DNA of 64,000 bases from positions 32,001 to 96,000 of the forward strand of contig CBDCKN010000003.1 of the NCBI GenBank assembly GCA_965218295.1. The letters are read 5' to 3'. The notes under the pieces were generated by a model. The model was given only the letters and a program-made list of their open reading frames with translations, had not been told where the DNA came from and searched no databases. This DNA is from Longimicrobiales bacterium (GTDB taxonomy: Bacteria > Gemmatimonadota > Gemmatimonadetes > Longimicrobiales > Gaopeijiaceae). Shown in pieces: positions 60,881-64,000 of this stretch. Each line of letters starts with the position of its first letter. Position 1 is the first letter of the stretch. Made by a program: the position numbers and the translations under genes.

Positions 60881-60928
60881 AAAAGAAGCGGGGCTGCTCC
60901 GATCCAGTAACGGATCGGAGCAGCCCCG
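60881..60928 (-). terminator. Intrinsic terminator after the TorF porin gene
   Basis: 17-bp perfect stem (60889-60905 / 60912-60928), 6-nt loop, followed on minus strand by CTTCTTTT. Confidence 0.8.
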
Positions 60929-60951
60929 GCCAACGCTAAAGCAGTCGAGCG

Positions 60952-61608
60952 TCAGTCGATGTTGATGTCGAACGTGTGGCTGATGCCGAACACGAGCGTG
61001 TGGTCGTCGTCCGCGGTGCCGAGGATTGTATCAGTGCTGTAGATCCACGCCGCCGATAGGTCCAGATCCGCTACCGATACGGTGTACCCACCCTCGAAGT
61101 ACTCGCCGTCGAGGGCGTCACCGAACGTGCCGAAGGTGGCGTAGAGCCCCCATTGCTCCACCGTGGCGGCCAAGAACAAGTAGTTCTCGCTGTCCGGGTC
61201 GGCTGGGACGGCCTGGTCGAGACTATGCCGGCCGTAGGAGAACTCTGCGGAAAGGGCTCCGTACCCCACGTTCAGGTTTCCCTCCAGGTACGTGTTGTCG
61301 AAATCGCCCGTGTAGAAATACCCCGTGCCACCTACGCTGACGCTGAAGTCCTCCACCTCCGTACCGACACCGGCGTACAGGTCGACCTCGTTACCGTCAC
61401 CGACATCCGCCGCCCAAGTGCCCAGATACACTTTACCGACGGCCACGTCCAAACCTGCACTCGCGGAGGATGCCTTCTGGGGAATCCCGCGGTAGAAATA
61501 CTCAGAGAGCCAGCCTAGGTTCGCCGACACCTCCGCCTCCTGGGCTACGCCGACCAGAGGCGTAACCACAACCGCGACCAACGCCACCGCACCTATGCTC
61601 ATTTTCAT
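60952..61608 (-). CDS. TorF family putative porin
   Basis: Signal peptide, SANLGWLSEYFYRGIPQ, YLGTWA, EVDLYAG, LVFGISHTF. Confidence 0.85.
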   Translation of the reverse strand: MKMSIGAVALVAVVVTPLVGVAQEAEVSANLGWLSEYFYRGIPQKASSASAGLDVAVGKVYLGTWAADVGDGNEVDLYAGVGTEVEDFSVSVGGTGYFYTGDFDNTYLEGNLNVGYGALSAEFSYGRHSLDQAVPADPDSENYLFLAATVEQWGLYATFGTFGDALDGEYFEGGYTVSVADLDLSAAWIYSTDTILGTADDDHTLVFGISHTFDINID

Positions 61609-61697
61609 CCGTTAATCTCCGTAAAGACGTGATGGAGCGAACGCGAGCGGCGACATCCACCATTCGGACGGCTCCGGAACCATCGGGCCCGACACAG

Positions 61698-61713
61698 TGC
61701 GAGTCTCGTGCCA
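61698..61713 (-). promoter_or_regulatory. Sigma54 (-24/-12) promoter of the porin gene
   Basis: Minus strand TGGCAC-GAGAC-TCGCA (GG-N10-GC). Confidence 0.75.
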
Positions 61714-61804
61714 CAAATCACGAACCGGAGCCCAAGACACGCTATCGCGTTGGCGGACAACGACCTGGCTAGAGCGGGCATTGGCAGGAGGGGGACGTTT
61801 CCAT

Positions 61805-61849
61805 CATACGAGACCGTGGGACGATCGTAATTTCCTACTAAAATGTAGG
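61805..61849. promoter_or_regulatory. Upstream activator sites for the porin promoter
   Basis: CCTACT-AAAA-TGTAGG (61834-61849) and degenerate CATACG-AGAC-CGTGGG (61805-61820), 29 bp apart as at amtB. Confidence 0.65.
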
Positions 61850-62168
61850 ATCGAAAGGACGCTCGCGCTTGGCGAGCGGGCCCGGATCCGGTCGCGGCGT
61901 GAGCGAGCGCCGGCCTTCATCGTCCACCTACGCGCATGAGAGATCGGGGTTGTGCCGGCCTTTCCGTTGCCTGGGATCTCCTCCTGAGTGAGATTGGTCC
62001 GTCCGTCATGTCCGCCTTTCGGCGACGGAGCTTGTCTCCAGGCCATAGCTCCGTGTAGCCGGAGTCTACGAGGCGCGGACCGCCGATAGCGCCATTTACG
62101 GGGGCTCCCGGTGGCGCGATACCGCTCGGCTACGATCCCCGGAACTGCGAGGCACAATCCACAGGCGT

Positions 62169-63620
62169 ATGGATCAAGTGCGATCACACGAAGAGCGGGT
62201 GCGTTGGCCCCCCTGCCGAGGTCGGACGACCCGACTCACGGTGTCACCTGCTCTCCTTGTTTGCCTCTTGGTCCTTCCGGGTCCCGGCCATGCTCAGACT
62301 CCGCACGGGGGCGGCACTACACCGAACCCCGCCCTGGCGGACAGTGTGGGCCACGCCACGCTCCGGACGTGGGAAGAAGAGCTTTGGCTCACCCTGCTCG
62401 ACCGTAAGGACTCCTTCGGTGGGCAATTCAGCGACAGAGGAACGCTGAAGCGATTCACCGACCTGATCGACAGGAAGTACTTTCTCGATCTGCTGGGCTT
62501 TCGCTTCAGCCCGATGGAGAGCTACCGCTGGTACCAACGTGACGAAGGCTTCCGCTGGAGGGGTGGGAGTGCCACCTCCCTGGATCTGGCCGCATTCGCG
62601 GAGCTCAAGGCCAAGGTCCCGCTGGGAGGGCCCTGGAACATGGGGGTCCGAATCGATCAGATCTCCGGACCCCGCTTCGACGGGAGCGCCGTGCGGATCC
62701 GCTTCTCGCGCGACCTCGAAGAGACGGCGGTGGCATTCGCCGGATTGCACCTCGATCCACACAAGAACGGGGGGGACATATGGGTGGGCGGACAGTGGAA
62801 CCCCGGCCCCGCGAAGCTCACCGCCCAGTTCACCGTACTCGACTTTCTCAACAACCTGCTCTTCGTGAGGCGTGGCACCGCCGTTTACGCTCGGGGAGAC
62901 ACAACGGTCGTCTACGAACGCCAGCCCACCGCGTTACGCACCTCCGGGGAGGTGGCGCTGAGCGACGAGGTACGCCTCGAGGCCTACGGGAGCGTCGTTC
63001 TTCCGTCGAGCGTCGTGGTCCACCAGGGTGATGATCGTGCGTTGGGCTTCACGCTCGACGAGTCGGTCTGGTATGCGGGCACGATGCTGGAGTGGACCCC
63101 GAACCCGCGCGTCCTCGTCGCCGGTTCGGTCACCAATGTGAGGGCTCGTTCCAAACGGACACCCAACTCCCTCGCCGCGTCCGTCGAGGGTTACGAGTTG
63201 GTCGAGCGCAGCACCGAGGCCGAGGCCTTCCTCGCCTTTCGTCCGTCCGAGCGATGGACGATCAGTGGCACCGCCGTGCGAATGTGGCTGCCCGAGCGCC
63301 GTGCCGTGATGGATGACCCGTCGAGAGACGTCGACTACCTGCTCAACGCATGGCTGACCAAGCTCGACCTCGCGTTCACCGCGAGGGGCGGATTCCTGAG
63401 TCGCGTGAGCCTTCTGACCAGCACCACGAGGGTTCCGCGGGGGTTGGGCAGGATGGACGTGAGGGGGATTCTGGACGACGAGTTCTACCGGTTTCTCCTG
63501 AACCTCGGATGGAGTTTCGAGAACGCCAGGATCGTCGTCGGTGGCGCGTACGATTACGACCCCCACCCCGCCGGTTGGACCTGGGGCACGGCCAATGGCC
63601 GGGTCATCCTTAGGTGGTGA
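62169..63620 (+). CDS. Hypothetical outer-membrane beta-barrel-like protein (start uncertain)
   Basis: Signal-like segment ending GHA-Q, beta-strand periodicity, C-terminal aromatic (VILRW). Confidence 0.65.
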   Translation: MDQVRSHEERVRWPPCRGRTTRLTVSPALLVCLLVLPGPGHAQTPHGGGTTPNPALADSVGHATLRTWEEELWLTLLDRKDSFGGQFSDRGTLKRFTDLIDRKYFLDLLGFRFSPMESYRWYQRDEGFRWRGGSATSLDLAAFAELKAKVPLGGPWNMGVRIDQISGPRFDGSAVRIRFSRDLEETAVAFAGLHLDPHKNGGDIWVGGQWNPGPAKLTAQFTVLDFLNNLLFVRRGTAVYARGDTTVVYERQPTALRTSGEVALSDEVRLEAYGSVVLPSSVVVHQGDDRALGFTLDESVWYAGTMLEWTPNPRVLVAGSVTNVRARSKRTPNSLAASVEGYELVERSTEAEAFLAFRPSERWTISGTAVRMWLPERRAVMDDPSRDVDYLLNAWLTKLDLAFTARGGFLSRVSLLTSTTRVPRGLGRMDVRGILDDEFYRFLLNLGWSFENARIVVGGAYDYDPHPAGWTWGTANGRVILRW

Positions 63621-63670
63621 CTCGGCAGTCCCAGCGGGCGGGGGGCGGGAGGAGCTGGGGTCTGAAGCTT

Positions 63671-64000
63671 TCAGCGGGGATCCACACTCCGATACGCGTC
63701 GATTACCGCCCGCTCCCCTTCGCGCCCCGACCGCGAGTTCCCATGCTCCATACCCAGCACCCCACGAAAGCCTTTGTCGTGGATGTGTTGGAACACGTTC
63801 TTGAAATTGATCTCGCCGGTGGTCGGCTCTCGGCGTCCCGGGTTGTCGCCTATTTGGAAGTACGCGATCTCGTCCCATGCCCGGTCGATGTTGGGAATGA
63901 GATTGCCTTCGTGGATCTGTTGATGGTACAGGTCGTCGAGGATTTTGCACGACGGACTGTTCACCGCGCGACAGATTTCAAACGCTTGGGCCATCTTGGT
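63671..64000 (-). CDS. Hydroxypyruvate isomerase family TIM-barrel protein (C-terminal part only)
   Basis: LYHQQIHEGNLI, QIGDNPGRREPTTGEINF, GMEHG. Confidence 0.88.
   Translation of the reverse strand, partial: TKMAQAFEICRAVNSPSCKILDDLYHQQIHEGNLIPNIDRAWDEIAYFQIGDNPGRREPTTGEINFKNVFQHIHDKGFRGVLGMEHGNSRSGREGERAVIDAYRSVDPR

Overview
GC-rich bacterial chromosomal window. The gene repertoire (TolB-like TPR protein, beta-barrels, GHGGE-type P-II) suggests Gemmatimonadota, but this is inference. It holds about 55 genes, mostly housekeeping or accessory: apbE, Gfo/Idh/MocA, kbl, ilvA-like, pdxH, ppk1/sixA/CHAD, a DNA-repair trio, galM plus a sodium:solute symporter, and panG-panB-panC. Five things stand out. 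(1) A recently inserted 3302-bp IS66-family element (31891-35192; perfect 49-bp inverted repeats, 8-bp target duplication ATGTCGAT) carries an elongated transposase translationally coupled to a DUF4338/DruA-like passenger, and splits a 689-codon membrane-protein gene. (2) A self-contained ammonium-uptake module (TorF porin, NifA-like GAF-AAA+ sigma54 activator, amt, P-II lacking Tyr51) has two sigma54 promoters and a recurring palindrome CCTACA-N4-TGTAGG at matching positions. (3) That module is bracketed by a decayed direct repeat of the 3' end of the hyi-like gene. (4) A DUF3179 gene has an in-frame TGA in a UxxC motif followed by a SECIS-like hairpin, so it is a likely selenoprotein. (5) Gene decay is pervasive: frameshifts, probable TGG>TAG stops and clean deletion scars. 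No rRNA, tRNA or CRISPR array was seen. Family assignments are from motif recognition, not database searches.
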